64,000 bases of DNA from a virus, in the IMG/VR virus record IMGVR_UViG_3300001533_003144, positions 1 through 64,000 of that record, one strand, 5' to 3'. Shown in pieces: positions 1-9,739 of this stretch. The translations under genes were made by a program, and so were the position numbers. Positions within the stretch are counted from its first letter, which is position 1. Every line of letters begins with the position of its first letter. The notes under the pieces are model-generated. The model did not search any database and was not told the origin of the DNA. It saw only the letters and a list, made by a program, of their open reading frames with translations.

Positions 1-675
1 CAACCTTTAGAGTGGTGTTCTGTTTATAGGTTATCTTCTATCTTCTTTACCTGCGATCTAAATAAGTGTCCTGATATAACTTTAAAGGACATAGATACTA
101 CCTCTCTTACATCAAAAAGGGCTAATTTATTTCTTAATGGTCAAAATGAGGAAATTAAAGTAAATAAAGATGCCTCCACTGATGGTTCTTCTGTGGAAAT
201 AGACAGGGTTAATGAAGAAGAACCTTCTGGTTTATCTACTTCGCAGATGAAAATTCTGGAGCAGTTGTTAGGTTCTTCTGATGGAGGTTTGAGCGAAATA
301 CTTAATGCTATTGACGGAGTGAGTGACACTCACGGCCGTATATTAATAATGACAACCAACCGTAAATATGCCCTTGACGATGCTTTGCTTCGCCCAGGGC
401 GTATAGACCTTAGTATAGAAGTGGGGTATGTTACTCCGGATGTTTTTAGACAGTTTGCAAAGGTTTTCTTTCCTGATAAAGAGTTACCTAAACACTTTTT
501 AGTTAAGGGAAAAACAACGGTAGCGGAACTGCAGCAGAAGGTGTTGGAGAAAAGGTCGTGGGAGGAGATAATTAAAGACTGTATCAATAGTGATTTAGAA
601 GAAAGAATGGTTGCAGGTTTAAATGTCGCTTATAAGGTGTCCGAAGATTTAGATAAACATACTACAAAACTGTAG
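1..675 (+). CDS. BCS1-like AAA+ ATPase, C-terminal part (5' truncated by window edge)
   Basis: GLSEILNAIDG and TTNRKYALDDALLRPGRID (sensor-1/second region of homology); frame is open back to base 1. Confidence 0.8.
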   Translation, partial: QPLEWCSVYRLSSIFFTCDLNKCPDITLKDIDTTSLTSKRANLFLNGQNEEIKVNKDASTDGSSVEIDRVNEEEPSGLSTSQMKILEQLLGSSDGGLSEILNAIDGVSDTHGRILIMTTNRKYALDDALLRPGRIDLSIEVGYVTPDVFRQFAKVFFPDKELPKHFLVKGKTTVAELQQKVLEKRSWEEIIKDCINSDLEERMVAGLNVAYKVSEDLDKHTTKL

Positions 676-1262
676 TGAAGGAGGAAGTTATGGCTAAAGA
701 AAAAATCAAATGTGCGTTGGTCTCAGAAGTGTGGTTTGAGTTTGATTGGGACGATGAAAAAGAGTTGCCTCGTTCCCGTATTCCTGAGGATTTTCCCAAA
801 GAAGTCCAGGAACTTATTAAGCTCAATAAAACTGAGTTAGGGGAAAAGAATTTTTATGTTTCAGGAATATACCATCTAAAGAGCGGTGCAGCTGTTGGTA
901 GTTGTGATGAGAAAAGATACCCTGCAAAGAGAGAGGAATCTAACGAAGGTGGTGGTTCTGGGGCTGTAAAGGTAGATTACTCTTACAGAGGTCCTACCCT
1001 TAAAGGGATCGAGTTTACATCGAGGTACAAATATGGGGATATAGTGAAATTTACCCCTGACGGAAAGACCCTGTTTGATGCTGTGGTTGTGGGTTGTGTT
1101 TTTAAGGGTCATAAAAATGGTTACAGTATTGTTCTGGAGACCGGAGCAGATACGAAGGTTTACGGGGAAAGGGTTTTGGTTTTTCCTGTAAACGAGGATC
1201 TTAAAATAAAGACAATAGAGTTTTTTAATAATGTTCTGGGCTCTGATGAGCCGGGGCTGTAG
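675..1262 (+). CDS. hypothetical protein
   Basis: 195-aa ORF abutting its neighbours; GGAGG RBS before ATG at 690. Confidence 0.6.
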   Translation: MKEEVMAKEKIKCALVSEVWFEFDWDDEKELPRSRIPEDFPKEVQELIKLNKTELGEKNFYVSGIYHLKSGAAVGSCDEKRYPAKREESNEGGGSGAVKVDYSYRGPTLKGIEFTSRYKYGDIVKFTPDGKTLFDAVVVGCVFKGHKNGYSIVLETGADTKVYGERVLVFPVNEDLKIKTIEFFNNVLGSDEPGL

Positions 1263-1687
1263 TGGTTATATATTTTTTTTTTGAGGTAATTATGTTAAGT
1301 TTAGCTATTCTTAGTAATGGTAGGATCTTGTGTGGTAAGTTAAATGAAGAAGGGGATATGGAAGATGCTACTGAGGTGTATCTTACTCGTGAGCAGGTTG
1401 ATGAAGAGGGTAATCCTATACCTAAAGATCAAAAAGGTCCCGTTATGATTGGAGTAAGGGTAGTAGGTATTGTACACCCTACTTTTCATTACTCGGACGA
1501 AGGTATTATTCCTTTTACTGTAAGGTTACGGGAAGCTCTGACGGTATATCCCTTAGAGGCTTTAAAGAAAGAGATGGTAAAGGCTATAGAACCCCGATAC
1601 GCAAAGTTCTGGAAAGATTTGGAAGGGAATAGTCCTCAATTTGTACCTCCAAAAAACAAAGGAAAGCTTATTGGGATTGATAAATAG
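1262..1687 (+). CDS. hypothetical protein
   Basis: ORF in operon; likely start ATG 1292 after GAGG. Confidence 0.6.
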   Translation: MVIYFFFEVIMLSLAILSNGRILCGKLNEEGDMEDATEVYLTREQVDEEGNPIPKDQKGPVMIGVRVVGIVHPTFHYSDEGIIPFTVRLREALTVYPLEALKKEMVKAIEPRYAKFWKDLEGNSPQFVPPKNKGKLIGIDK

Positions 1688-1719
1688 TTTATAGAGTATT
1701 TAGTTAAAGAAGAGGAGTT

Positions 1720-2280
1720 ATGGCTAAGGTATCAAAATCCGGGCTTACTGAAATTCCCTTATTTGGACCCTTATCAAAGATATCCCCTAAACCCGATTTA
1801 CCTAAACTGAAAAAAAAAGAAGTAACTTTATTTGCCCCTTTTAATGGGATATCTGGGGCAAGATTAGCTCTTGAAAGGTTAGGGTTGGGGGTGGTTAAGC
1901 ATTATGTTTCTGAAATAGATCAGTATGCAAACAAGATTACAATGAAACATTATCCCGATACAATCCAGTTAGGAGATGTTACTAAATGGAAAGAATGGGA
2001 TCTGTCTGAGATGGTGGGTATAGATTTTATGATTTTTGGGTCACCTTGTCAGGATCTTTCTATAGCAAAAAAAGATCGTGAAGGTATAGGTGGTGGTAGG
2101 TCAGGGTTGTTTTGGGATGCCTTAGCTTTGCTCCGTCAACTGAAGCCTAAATATTGGATAATGGAGAATGTAGCTTCTATGACCGATCAGGATATGGATA
2201 TTATTACAGCCGAGTTAGGATACCCTCCTAAATACATTAATTCCGCTTTGGTATCCGCACAGAACCGGCAGAGTTGTTAA
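1720..2280 (+). pseudogene. C5-cytosine DNA methyltransferase, N-terminal part, interrupted by an R-M insertion
   Basis: Motif I (FNGISG), motif IV GSPCQ, motif VI MENV; ends at motif VIII SAQNRQ. Confidence 0.9.
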
Positions 2281-4100
2281 TAAATCGAGCTTCAGTATAA
2301 GTTTGGGGAAAGGAATTACATTGAATATTATTCCAAATATTAAGATTACTGTTTACGGACGCAAAATCAATTAAGATCTGATTTAAATTGATTTAGGCAA
2401 CATAATCAAGTTGCGTATTAATTGATTGTTTTATACACTCAAGGAGAAAATAGTGAATCGAGTTGAATCAGTGGAACAAGAAAGATTGTTTAAGGATATC
2501 AGCAAGGGGGAGGTTTTAGAAAAAGAACCGGTAGCATCTTTTTCAAAAATATTTAAAAAGAATGATAGCTGTTTGTTTGAGGGGGATTGTTTTAAGTGGC
2601 TCAAATCTCTCCCATCTGAGTCGGTTGATCTTGTTTTTGCCGATCCTCCGTACAACATAAAAAAGGCAGACTGGGATAAGTTTGAATCCCAAGAAAAATA
2701 CATTGATTGGTCTATCCAGTGGATAAGTGAAGTCGCCAGAATATTAAAAAAAGATGGAACACTCTATGTTTGTGGTTTTTCCGAGATATTGGCTGACATA
2801 AAACACCCGGCTATGAAATATTTTGAATCCTGTAAATGGATAGTATGGTACTATAAAAACAAAGCAAACATAGGAAACGATTGGGGTCGGTCACATGAAA
2901 GCATCCTGCATTTCAGAAAATCTAAAAAACCAACTTTTAATGTAGATGATGTTAGAATTCCATATGGAGAACACACACTAAAGTACCCGTCTCATCCACA
3001 GGCTGAGACGAGTCAATACGGTAATAACGGAAAACGAAAGGATATCTGGACCCCGAACCCAAAAGGTGCAAAACCAAAAGATGTAATTGAAATTCCAACC
3101 ACATGCAACGGAATGGGCGAAAAGACCCCTCACCCTACACAAAAACCAGAAGAATTATTAAGAAAAATCATTTTTGCGTCTTCAAACCCTGGAGACTTGG
3201 TAATAGATCCTTTCTCAGGCTCTGGCACCACTCTGGTTGTTGCAGAGCAATTAGGCAGAAAATGGATGGGATGTGAGCTTAACAGTGACTACAACAGTTA
3301 CGCTATATCCAGGCTCCAAAATGTTATTTATAGAAGTAAAGATGAGTGGATTGAACATGACAGAAAAAATGAAAAAAGGAGGAAATCCATCAGATGAATT
3401 TAAACGAATTAAGAGAATTTGCGTTGAACAAAGAAAACTTTACTTCCTTACAAAACTATATTGATTTTTGCTCCCACTACCTAGAATTTATATCTACAAA
3501 TCTTCAGGCCGTCATTGTATCGAGAAACGAAAACCATTATCGATTTTATCAATATAAAGAAGATGGAACATATAATGTAACTAGACCTATAAATAGCAAC
3601 ATCATGCTGTCTTTAGATCAAATTCCCAACACATCCTCTGAAATGTTTAGGATCCTTGACGAACTAAAAGCAACAAGAAACAGCCTAAATATAAATGGAG
3701 AGGCCTTGAACAAACTAGTTTATACCTGCCAACAATCAATTGGTGCGACACTCGATGCTCTCCCAGCAAAAAAATCCAACTCAGCAAGAAAAATAAACGG
3801 AGATCTCTTTGAAAGACTTGTTCTTTTTTTGTTACAGCATATCGGCATTAATGTTGCTCCCGGCAATGTCCGGGTTCCCATCAGAGATACGGGACAATTT
3901 ATGTCTTACCAACATGACCTGATAATAAAGGTTGAAAATGAAACAAAAGCAATTGGTTCAGTAAAGACCTCAAGTAAAGACAGAATAGATAAAATCTTTG
4001 TTGATAAATATCTGTACAATAAGCTCACCGGATCTGAGGTGCCCCATTTTGCAATATTCTTAAATGATGTTCAGAGAAAAGGGAAAGAAGGTAAATACAG
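2278..4100 (+). mobile_element. foreign type II R-M cassette inserted into the phage C5 methylase gene
   Basis: Flanked by the two halves of one methylase; A-rich, C-ending codons unlike the T-rich phage genes. Confidence 0.75.
2426..3397 (+). CDS. N6-adenine/N4-cytosine DNA methyltransferase (beta class); probable start GTG 2453
   Basis: DPPY, HPTQKP, DPFSGSGTT motifs; AAGGAG RBS before 2453. Confidence 0.93.
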   Translation: MFYTLKEKIVNRVESVEQERLFKDISKGEVLEKEPVASFSKIFKKNDSCLFEGDCFKWLKSLPSESVDLVFADPPYNIKKADWDKFESQEKYIDWSIQWISEVARILKKDGTLYVCGFSEILADIKHPAMKYFESCKWIVWYYKNKANIGNDWGRSHESILHFRKSKKPTFNVDDVRIPYGEHTLKYPSHPQAETSQYGNNGKRKDIWTPNPKGAKPKDVIEIPTTCNGMGEKTPHPTQKPEELLRKIIFASSNPGDLVIDPFSGSGTTLVVAEQLGRKWMGCELNSDYNSYAISRLQNVIYRSKDEWIEHDRKNEKRRKSIR

Positions 4101-4116
4101 TATCTATAACCACTAA
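3394..4116 (+). pseudogene. type II restriction endonuclease (PD-(D/E)xK), apparently C-terminally truncated
   Basis: ATGA overlap with MTase; RKINGDLFE...HDLII...SVKTSSKDR resembles the EcoRII-C/BsaWI-type active site; ends at the insertion junction. Confidence 0.65.
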
Positions 4117-4330
4117 AGGTGGTGGTCTTGGAGCTAAGACAGGTTTGTATAAAGTAGATCTTCCTGATGGTGATTATATTATCCGGAAACTAACCCCTTT
4201 GGAGTGTGAGCGGTTACAGACCTTTCCGGATGGTTGGACAGAGGGCATAAGTAAAACACAACGGTACAAGTGTTTAGGGAACGGTTTTACTGTTTCGGTG
4301 ATTTCGCATATAATAAAACAGGTGTTATGA
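4097..4330 (+). pseudogene. C5-cytosine DNA methyltransferase, C-terminal remnant
   Basis: GGGLGAKTGLY, IRKLTPLECERLQTFPD (motif IX), YKCLGNG (motif X). Confidence 0.9.
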
Positions 4331-4338
4331 GTTTTTAT

Positions 4339-4349
4339 TCCGTATTATA
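4339..4349 (+). promoter_or_regulatory. phage promoter motif class A (TCCGTATTATA), copy 1
   Basis: Identical 11-mer at six gene boundaries. Confidence 0.75.
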
Positions 4350-4625
4350 TTGTTAGTAAGTTTTTTGGGGATGATTATGTTAAGTAGGTTTAGCTGGTTT
4401 TTAGTTGGGTTGTTTTTAATTTTTCTTTCCTTAGCTGTCTTTTATCGTTTCGGGTTGAATCCTTTTCTGCTAAATTCTTTATCAGGGTTCTTCTTGTCTT
4501 TATTTGAATTGCTCCGGTTTCTTTTTTTGCTCCTTTTATGGTTATTGTTTATTGTTAGTGGTTTTATTCTTATGATCACAGGTGTTCTTGTTTGCTGGGC
4601 GAATTTATTTGATAGTGAGGTATAG
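4350..4625 (+). CDS. small hydrophobic membrane protein
   Basis: Two long hydrophobic stretches; downstream of class A motif. Confidence 0.55.
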   Translation: MLVSFLGMIMLSRFSWFLVGLFLIFLSLAVFYRFGLNPFLLNSLSGFFLSLFELLRFLFLLLLWLLFIVSGFILMITGVLVCWANLFDSEV

Positions 4626-5031
4626 TATGTTATTTGGTCATGTTGCTACTGATAAGCTGTGTAATCTTATTTATGTTTTGTCTGAAATTCAATCTGTTCC
4701 TGTTGGCTGGTTCGCTCTGGATATAGCCCAGAGAATAATTAAACAGACTCCTATATCAGAACTTTTAAAGTCGGTACAGTCTCAGATAATTGAAAGTTAT
4801 GACAAGGTAATAATTACCCGTGAAATGTGTACCGGTTGTGAGACTATTGTATCTCGGTTGCCTCAAGAAGCCCCTTGTTTAGATTTTGATGATTATAAAG
4901 AGTTCTTAACAGATAAACTTAAATCGGATTCTTCTATAGTGTTTCCTCTTTTATTAAAAAAAGGTATTCTTGTTGTTGACGGTAAAAGTATGGATGAGTT
5001 CTTAAAGCAGTTTAATATCCATAAAGAATAG
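4582..5031 (+). CDS. hypothetical protein (likely start ATG 4627)
   Basis: ORF with GAGG RBS. Confidence 0.55.
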   Translation: MFLFAGRIYLIVRYSMLFGHVATDKLCNLIYVLSEIQSVPVGWFALDIAQRIIKQTPISELLKSVQSQIIESYDKVIITREMCTGCETIVSRLPQEAPCLDFDDYKEFLTDKLKSDSSIVFPLLLKKGILVVDGKSMDEFLKQFNIHKE

Positions 5032-5062
5032 GAGTCATATACTTTGTTAGATGGAGTGTTAA

Positions 5063-5935
5063 ATGTCTGATTTAATTTTATTTGAAAATGAAGGGTTCAA
5101 AGTCCGGGTCTGTATGATCGAGAATGACCCTTGGTGGGTAGCTCAAGATGTCTGTGCCGTTCTTGGTACACAGACAAGGGATCTTAGGAAGATATTGGAC
5201 CCTGATGAAATCAGCGAAATTCCCAATGTGGATATTACTTCAACTGGTTTAAATCGTGTGTTAAATCCGGAGACTATCGGGGTTAATGTTGTTGAGGTAG
5301 GTTCTTTGGTGTCTCAAAGGGGTGGAAAACCTCCTTTAATTATCAGTGAAGCCGGGTTGTATTCTTTGATTCTCAGGTCTCGTAAGCCTATAGCAAAGAA
5401 GTTCCGAAGATGGGTTACGCACGAGGTAATACCTTCTATCCGGAAACACGGTATGTATGTTACTGATCCTCTTCTTGCTGTGGCTAAAAAGAATCCCAAG
5501 GAGTTTCTGGAACTAGCTATGGTTATAGTAGAAGAAAGCGAAAAAAGGATTAAAGCAGAGGCTCGTGTGAAGGAGCAGCAGGAAAAACTTGTTATACAGA
5601 AACAGGTTATCCTGGAAAGTAAACCTTTAATAGACTTTTCTTTGCGGTTACAGGATCAGGAAGGAGACCTGTCTTTATCAAAGGCGGCTAAGTTGTTGGG
5701 TTTCCCTGGTATTGGTCGGAACAAGTTGGTTAAGATGTTACAAAAACTTAATATTTTTTTGGCGTTTTGCCCTGAACCTCGGCAGACTTATTGTAATCTG
5801 GGTTATTTTAATGTAAGGTCTCGTAACATTAAGACTAAATATGGGAAAATTCGTACTGTAACAAAAGCTACAGTAACTCCCAAGGGTTTAGCTTTTCTGC
5901 ATAAAAAGATTGGTCAGGAATTAGGGGTTTTTTAA
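5063..5935 (+). CDS. Bro-N / antirepressor (ANT, KilA-C-type) DNA-binding protein
   Basis: PWWVAQDVCAVL, ISEAGLYSLILRSRKP..KKFRRWVTHEVIPSIRKHG; C-terminal IGRNKL...VTPKG. Confidence 0.92.
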   Translation: MSDLILFENEGFKVRVCMIENDPWWVAQDVCAVLGTQTRDLRKILDPDEISEIPNVDITSTGLNRVLNPETIGVNVVEVGSLVSQRGGKPPLIISEAGLYSLILRSRKPIAKKFRRWVTHEVIPSIRKHGMYVTDPLLAVAKKNPKEFLELAMVIVEESEKRIKAEARVKEQQEKLVIQKQVILESKPLIDFSLRLQDQEGDLSLSKAAKLLGFPGIGRNKLVKMLQKLNIFLAFCPEPRQTYCNLGYFNVRSRNIKTKYGKIRTVTKATVTPKGLAFLHKKIGQELGVF

Positions 5936-5946
5936 AGGAGGAGATA

Positions 5947-6438
5947 TTGCTTACTATACCTTTAGACAGGATTGTTACTTATAAGTTTAAGTGTTATAAG
6001 CTGGTTGAAGATTATGTCGGTTGTGACCTTTGTGCTTTTAAAGACATCCGATACAACTGTCCTCTTGATGTTGTAGGTCAGTGTGATATGCGGAAGAGAC
6101 CTGATGGTTTGTCAGTTATTTTTGTTGAAGTGCCTAAACCTAAAACAAAGGAAGTTAGGGAAATGCGGCAAAAAATAGCAAACCATTGTTGTGAGTTTTG
6201 TGGTAAACCTGTTTCCGGGATGAACGAGCATTTACATCATGTCATAGATCGAGATGGTACAAGACACGAAAAGTACGAGTGTGTGGAAACTACTCGGTTA
6301 TTGTGTCACGACTGTCACGAGGGTCCTAACAAAGGTACCGTTTTACAATATTTCCGGAAAGCTGTTGATCGGTGGTTACTGCTCCAGTACAATGAAGATG
6401 AGGTACGGGAAATAACCGGTAGAGGTTTACACATTTAA
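5947..6438 (+). CDS. HNH endonuclease-family protein
   Basis: CEFCG...HLHHV...LLCHDCH. Confidence 0.7.
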   Translation: MLTIPLDRIVTYKFKCYKLVEDYVGCDLCAFKDIRYNCPLDVVGQCDMRKRPDGLSVIFVEVPKPKTKEVREMRQKIANHCCEFCGKPVSGMNEHLHHVIDRDGTRHEKYECVETTRLLCHDCHEGPNKGTVLQYFRKAVDRWLLLQYNEDEVREITGRGLHI

Positions 6439-6448
6439 GGGGGTTTCA

Positions 6449-6727
6449 ATGAAAGGAGAAAGGCTAAAGTTTGATGATATGGGTGCTGAAGGTAAACATC
6501 TTAAATTTGTTTTTTTTAAAATGAGTTCGTCTGGTAAGACTAAATTATGGCGAGTGATTAATAAATATGAAGATTTTACTTTAGGGTTTATAGCTTGGTT
6601 TTCAAAGTTCCGGAAATATTCTTTTTATCCTAACGAAAACACGGTATATGAAAAAGACTGTCTGCGTGACATAGCCTGTTTTTGTGAAAAAAAGACATCG
6701 GAACATAAAATTAACTCATCTAATTAG
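6449..6727 (+). CDS. hypothetical phage protein
   Basis: KTKLWRV..LGFIAWFSKFRKYSFYP..CLRDIA, pattern typical of small phage proteins. Confidence 0.6.
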   Translation: MKGERLKFDDMGAEGKHLKFVFFKMSSSGKTKLWRVINKYEDFTLGFIAWFSKFRKYSFYPNENTVYEKDCLRDIACFCEKKTSEHKINSSN

Positions 6728-6745
6728 ATAGAGGAGGAACAAAAG

Positions 6746-6964
6746 ATGGATGCTAAATTAAGAGCTACAAGGTTATTAAGGGTAGGGGCGGCTTTAGAGA
6801 GAAAAGAGCCTCCGAGAGTCCCTAAGATGGTTCTTACTGAAGAAGAGTATCGGGGTAAGTTTCCTGATAGGTATAAGAGTTTGATGAAATGGAGGCGGCA
6901 GTTTAAGGTTCTTCTGGATCTACAGGAAAATTTTATAAAAAAGAGTTTACATATAGAGGATTAA
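6746..6964 (+). CDS. hypothetical protein
   Basis: GAGGAGG RBS, ATG start. Confidence 0.55.
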   Translation: MDAKLRATRLLRVGAALERKEPPRVPKMVLTEEEYRGKFPDRYKSLMKWRRQFKVLLDLQENFIKKSLHIED

Positions 6965-7098
6965 ATGTTCGTTATTTATGGTTGGAGTTTCTGGGAAGGT
7001 TGTAGTGTTGGTTTATTAAGTGCTGATCTTAATTTAACTCAAAGCTCATTACAATATAATTATGATTGGGTAAGGTGTAGTTTTGCAGGGGTATTTGA

Positions 7099-8640
7099 AT
7101 GAAATCTTTTGATTTGTATAACGGAGATTGTTTAGAGGTTATGAAAACCTTTCCGGATAATTCTGTTGACAGTATTGTAACCGATCCTCCTTATGGTCTA
7201 TCTTTTATGGGGAAGAAATGGGATTATGATGTTCCTAGTGTAGCAATATGGGAAGAATGTCTGAGAGTATTAAAGCCGGGAGGGTATCTTTTATGTTTTG
7301 CCGGTACACGGACACAGCACCGCATGGCAGTAAGAATTGAAGAGGCTGGGTTTGAAATTCGTGATATGATCGCTTGGGTGTATGGTTCAGGTTTTCCAAA
7401 AAGTTTGAATATTGGGAAGGAAGTTGATAAGATAGGTGGTCAATCGCTATCTTGGTTTATTGATTATATTTTGAAGGTTGCTGATGAAAAAGGGATAAGC
7501 CGAAAAGAATTGACGATGCTATTCCCAAGCAAAAATGGAAATCCAACGGGGTGGTTATGGGACAAGCAAAAAACACAAGGGATTACTCTTGAACAGTATC
7601 ATAAAATAAAAGAGTTTTTACAATTACCTTTCACTGACATAGCAGAATGTGAAAGAGAAGTAATTGGTCGTGGTAAAGCAGGACTTACAGCGGGAACGGT
7701 TGCGAATTTTGCAGGAGAAAAAGAGTTTGATTTAACCAAAGGTTCATCACCATACGAAGGTTGGGGAACTGCTCTTAAACCTGCACTTGAGCCTATCACA
7801 GTAGCAAGGAAACCTTTATCAGAAAAAACAGTAGCCGAGAACTGCCTTAAATGGGGAACAGGTGGGATTAATATTGATGCTTGTCGAGTTCCTTTGAATG
7901 GGGAACAGAACCCATCAGGCAGAGCAAAAAGAGTCTATGCATCAAATGAATACACAGATGCTAAGATTTATGGTGACAACAAAGAGACACCGGACAATGG
8001 CCGCTTCCCGGCAAACTTAATCCACGATGGATCTGATGAAGTAGTGAGTTTGTTTCCTGATAGTAAAGGACAGCAGGGAGATGTTAAAGGAACAGAACCT
8101 GCAGATATTACAAAAGACATATACGGTAAATTTGCAAACCGCTTACCCGCAGAAAAAAGGAATGACTCAGGTTCAGCTTCACGCTTCTTCTACTGTGCAA
8201 AAGCAAGCAAGGGTGAAAGGAATGAAGGGTGTGAAGGGCTGGAAGAGAAACTATTTGGTCAGAGTGGGGGGGCTTTAAAGGCTCTTTCTGAGGGAAAGAC
8301 GGAATATCAGACAACAAATGCAAGTACCGGATTGAATACTATTAAAAAGTATAAAAACAATCATCCTACAGTTAAACCTATATCCTTAATGAGGTATCTT
8401 TGCCGGTTAGTTACTCCTGCTGGGGGTATTGTATTGGATCCTTTTGCCGGGAGTGGTTCTACTGGATGTGGTGCGGTTCTTGAGGGGTTTTATTTTAAAG
8501 GTATCGAGCTTGAGTCTGATTACTGTAAAATATCAGAAGTTAGGATAAAGTATTGGGGTGGTTTTAAAGAGGTAGAGCTTGACTCAGAAGATGAAGTTGG
8601 AGTGCAATTATCTTTTAGTTTTGGAGGGGATATTAAATGA
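7099..8640 (+). CDS. N6-adenine/N4-cytosine DNA methyltransferase (beta class) with HTH-like insertion
   Basis: VTDPPY, GSGFPKS, GRFPAN, HPTVKP, DPFAGSGST. Confidence 0.93.
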   Translation: MKSFDLYNGDCLEVMKTFPDNSVDSIVTDPPYGLSFMGKKWDYDVPSVAIWEECLRVLKPGGYLLCFAGTRTQHRMAVRIEEAGFEIRDMIAWVYGSGFPKSLNIGKEVDKIGGQSLSWFIDYILKVADEKGISRKELTMLFPSKNGNPTGWLWDKQKTQGITLEQYHKIKEFLQLPFTDIAECEREVIGRGKAGLTAGTVANFAGEKEFDLTKGSSPYEGWGTALKPALEPITVARKPLSEKTVAENCLKWGTGGINIDACRVPLNGEQNPSGRAKRVYASNEYTDAKIYGDNKETPDNGRFPANLIHDGSDEVVSLFPDSKGQQGDVKGTEPADITKDIYGKFANRLPAEKRNDSGSASRFFYCAKASKGERNEGCEGLEEKLFGQSGGALKALSEGKTEYQTTNASTGLNTIKKYKNNHPTVKPISLMRYLCRLVTPAGGIVLDPFAGSGSTGCGAVLEGFYFKGIELESDYCKISEVRIKYWGGFKEVELDSEDEVGVQLSFSFGGDIK

Positions 8641-9065
8641 CAAGAAGAAACGATTTAATTGATTTGATAAGAAACCATGATTGTAGGGTATTCTCTACTG
8701 ATCAGGTAATGGTCTTAGTGGAAATTAACCGGTCTTGTGTTACCCGTTATAAAAAACTGGGTATGCCTTTTGAATTTAAAAAGGGGAATATGTACTTTTA
8801 TGATATTGAAAAGTGTTTGAACTGGGCGATAGAGACTAAACGGGTTTCTCTTAAAAAGAAGTTATTGAAGCTACCTTTCAGTTTCTATAAGATAGGTCAA
8901 AAAGAAAGTGATGTATCTTGTACTGAGGTAGAATCTTTTCCGGAAGAATCTACGGCTTGTCCTGTTGAAATGTCTTTAGATGTAATGAATGAACTTGATC
9001 GTAGGTATCGGAGTTTTAAAGGTCTTTTAGATAAGGTTATGGGTAGTTTAAAAAAGGGGTTATAG
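8637..9065 (+). CDS. winged-HTH DNA-binding protein (Nu1/excisionase-like N-terminus)
   Basis: STDQVMVLVEINRSCVTRYKKLGMPF...YDIEKCLNW. Confidence 0.55.
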   Translation: MTRRNDLIDLIRNHDCRVFSTDQVMVLVEINRSCVTRYKKLGMPFEFKKGNMYFYDIEKCLNWAIETKRVSLKKKLLKLPFSFYKIGQKESDVSCTEVESFPEESTACPVEMSLDVMNELDRRYRSFKGLLDKVMGSLKKGL

Positions 9066-9067
9066 TT

Positions 9068-9567
9068 TTGGGTAGTTCTCCTCATTTTGATTATATTAAA
9101 TGTCCCTTACACCGGTGGACTTTCAGTGCTGGTCCTATTAGGTCTTGGGTTGAGAAAACTTGCGAAGGTAAAACCCTGAACTTGTTTGCTGGGAGAACTA
9201 AATTGAATATAGATGAGGTAAGGAATGACTTAGATGCTGAAGCATTAGCCAATTACAACAAAGATGCTTTAGCTTTTGTGAGAGAATGGGATGGAGAGAA
9301 GCTTGATACTGTTTTATTGGATCCTCCCTATGCTTACCGTAAAAGTATGGAAATGTATAAAGGAATTAAGGCTTCTCCGTTCCGGCAGCTTAAAGATGCT
9401 ATTCCTGGAATTTTAAAGAGGGGTGGTCTTGTGGTTACTTTTGGGTATCACAGTAATACTATGGGTAAGGGTCGGGGGGTTTTTTTTTTGTTGAGAGGAT
9501 AGCCTTATTTTCTCACGGGGGAGCTATACACGACACTATAGCAAGTGTGGAGAGGTTTTTGGTTTAA
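9068..9567 (+). CDS. small adenine DNA methyltransferase, frameshifted at a G6T10 tract (9474-9489)
   Basis: LNLFAG and LLDPPY motifs; frame 0 stops at 9502, the -1 frame continues VERIALFSHGGAIHDTIASVERFLV* to 9567. Confidence 0.7.
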
Positions 9568-9739
9568 TTTTTTTTGTGGGGTTGTTATGGAGAAGATTAA
9601 GGTCTGTGAGGATTGTCCTCATCTTAAAGGTGTAGCCGGTTGTTTTTATATTGCCGGTAAAATCACTGAAAGGTGTCCAAGGGTAATTGAGGCTTACGAA
9701 AAGTTCAGACAGAAAGATGAGGTAGAAGATGAAACCTAA
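9545..9739 (+). CDS. small Cys-rich hypothetical protein (likely start ATG 9587)
   Basis: CEDC..C..C; overlaps start of next gene. Confidence 0.45.
   Translation: MWRGFWFNFFCGVVMEKIKVCEDCPHLKGVAGCFYIAGKITERCPRVIEAYEKFRQKDEVEDET

Noticed and set aside
1-95. Possible frameshifts or pseudogenisation at the start of the AAA ATPase (Walker B reads TLKDID; another frame has YLLSSLP with stops)
   Set aside because: At the window edge and could be sequence noise; cannot be judged without upstream sequence
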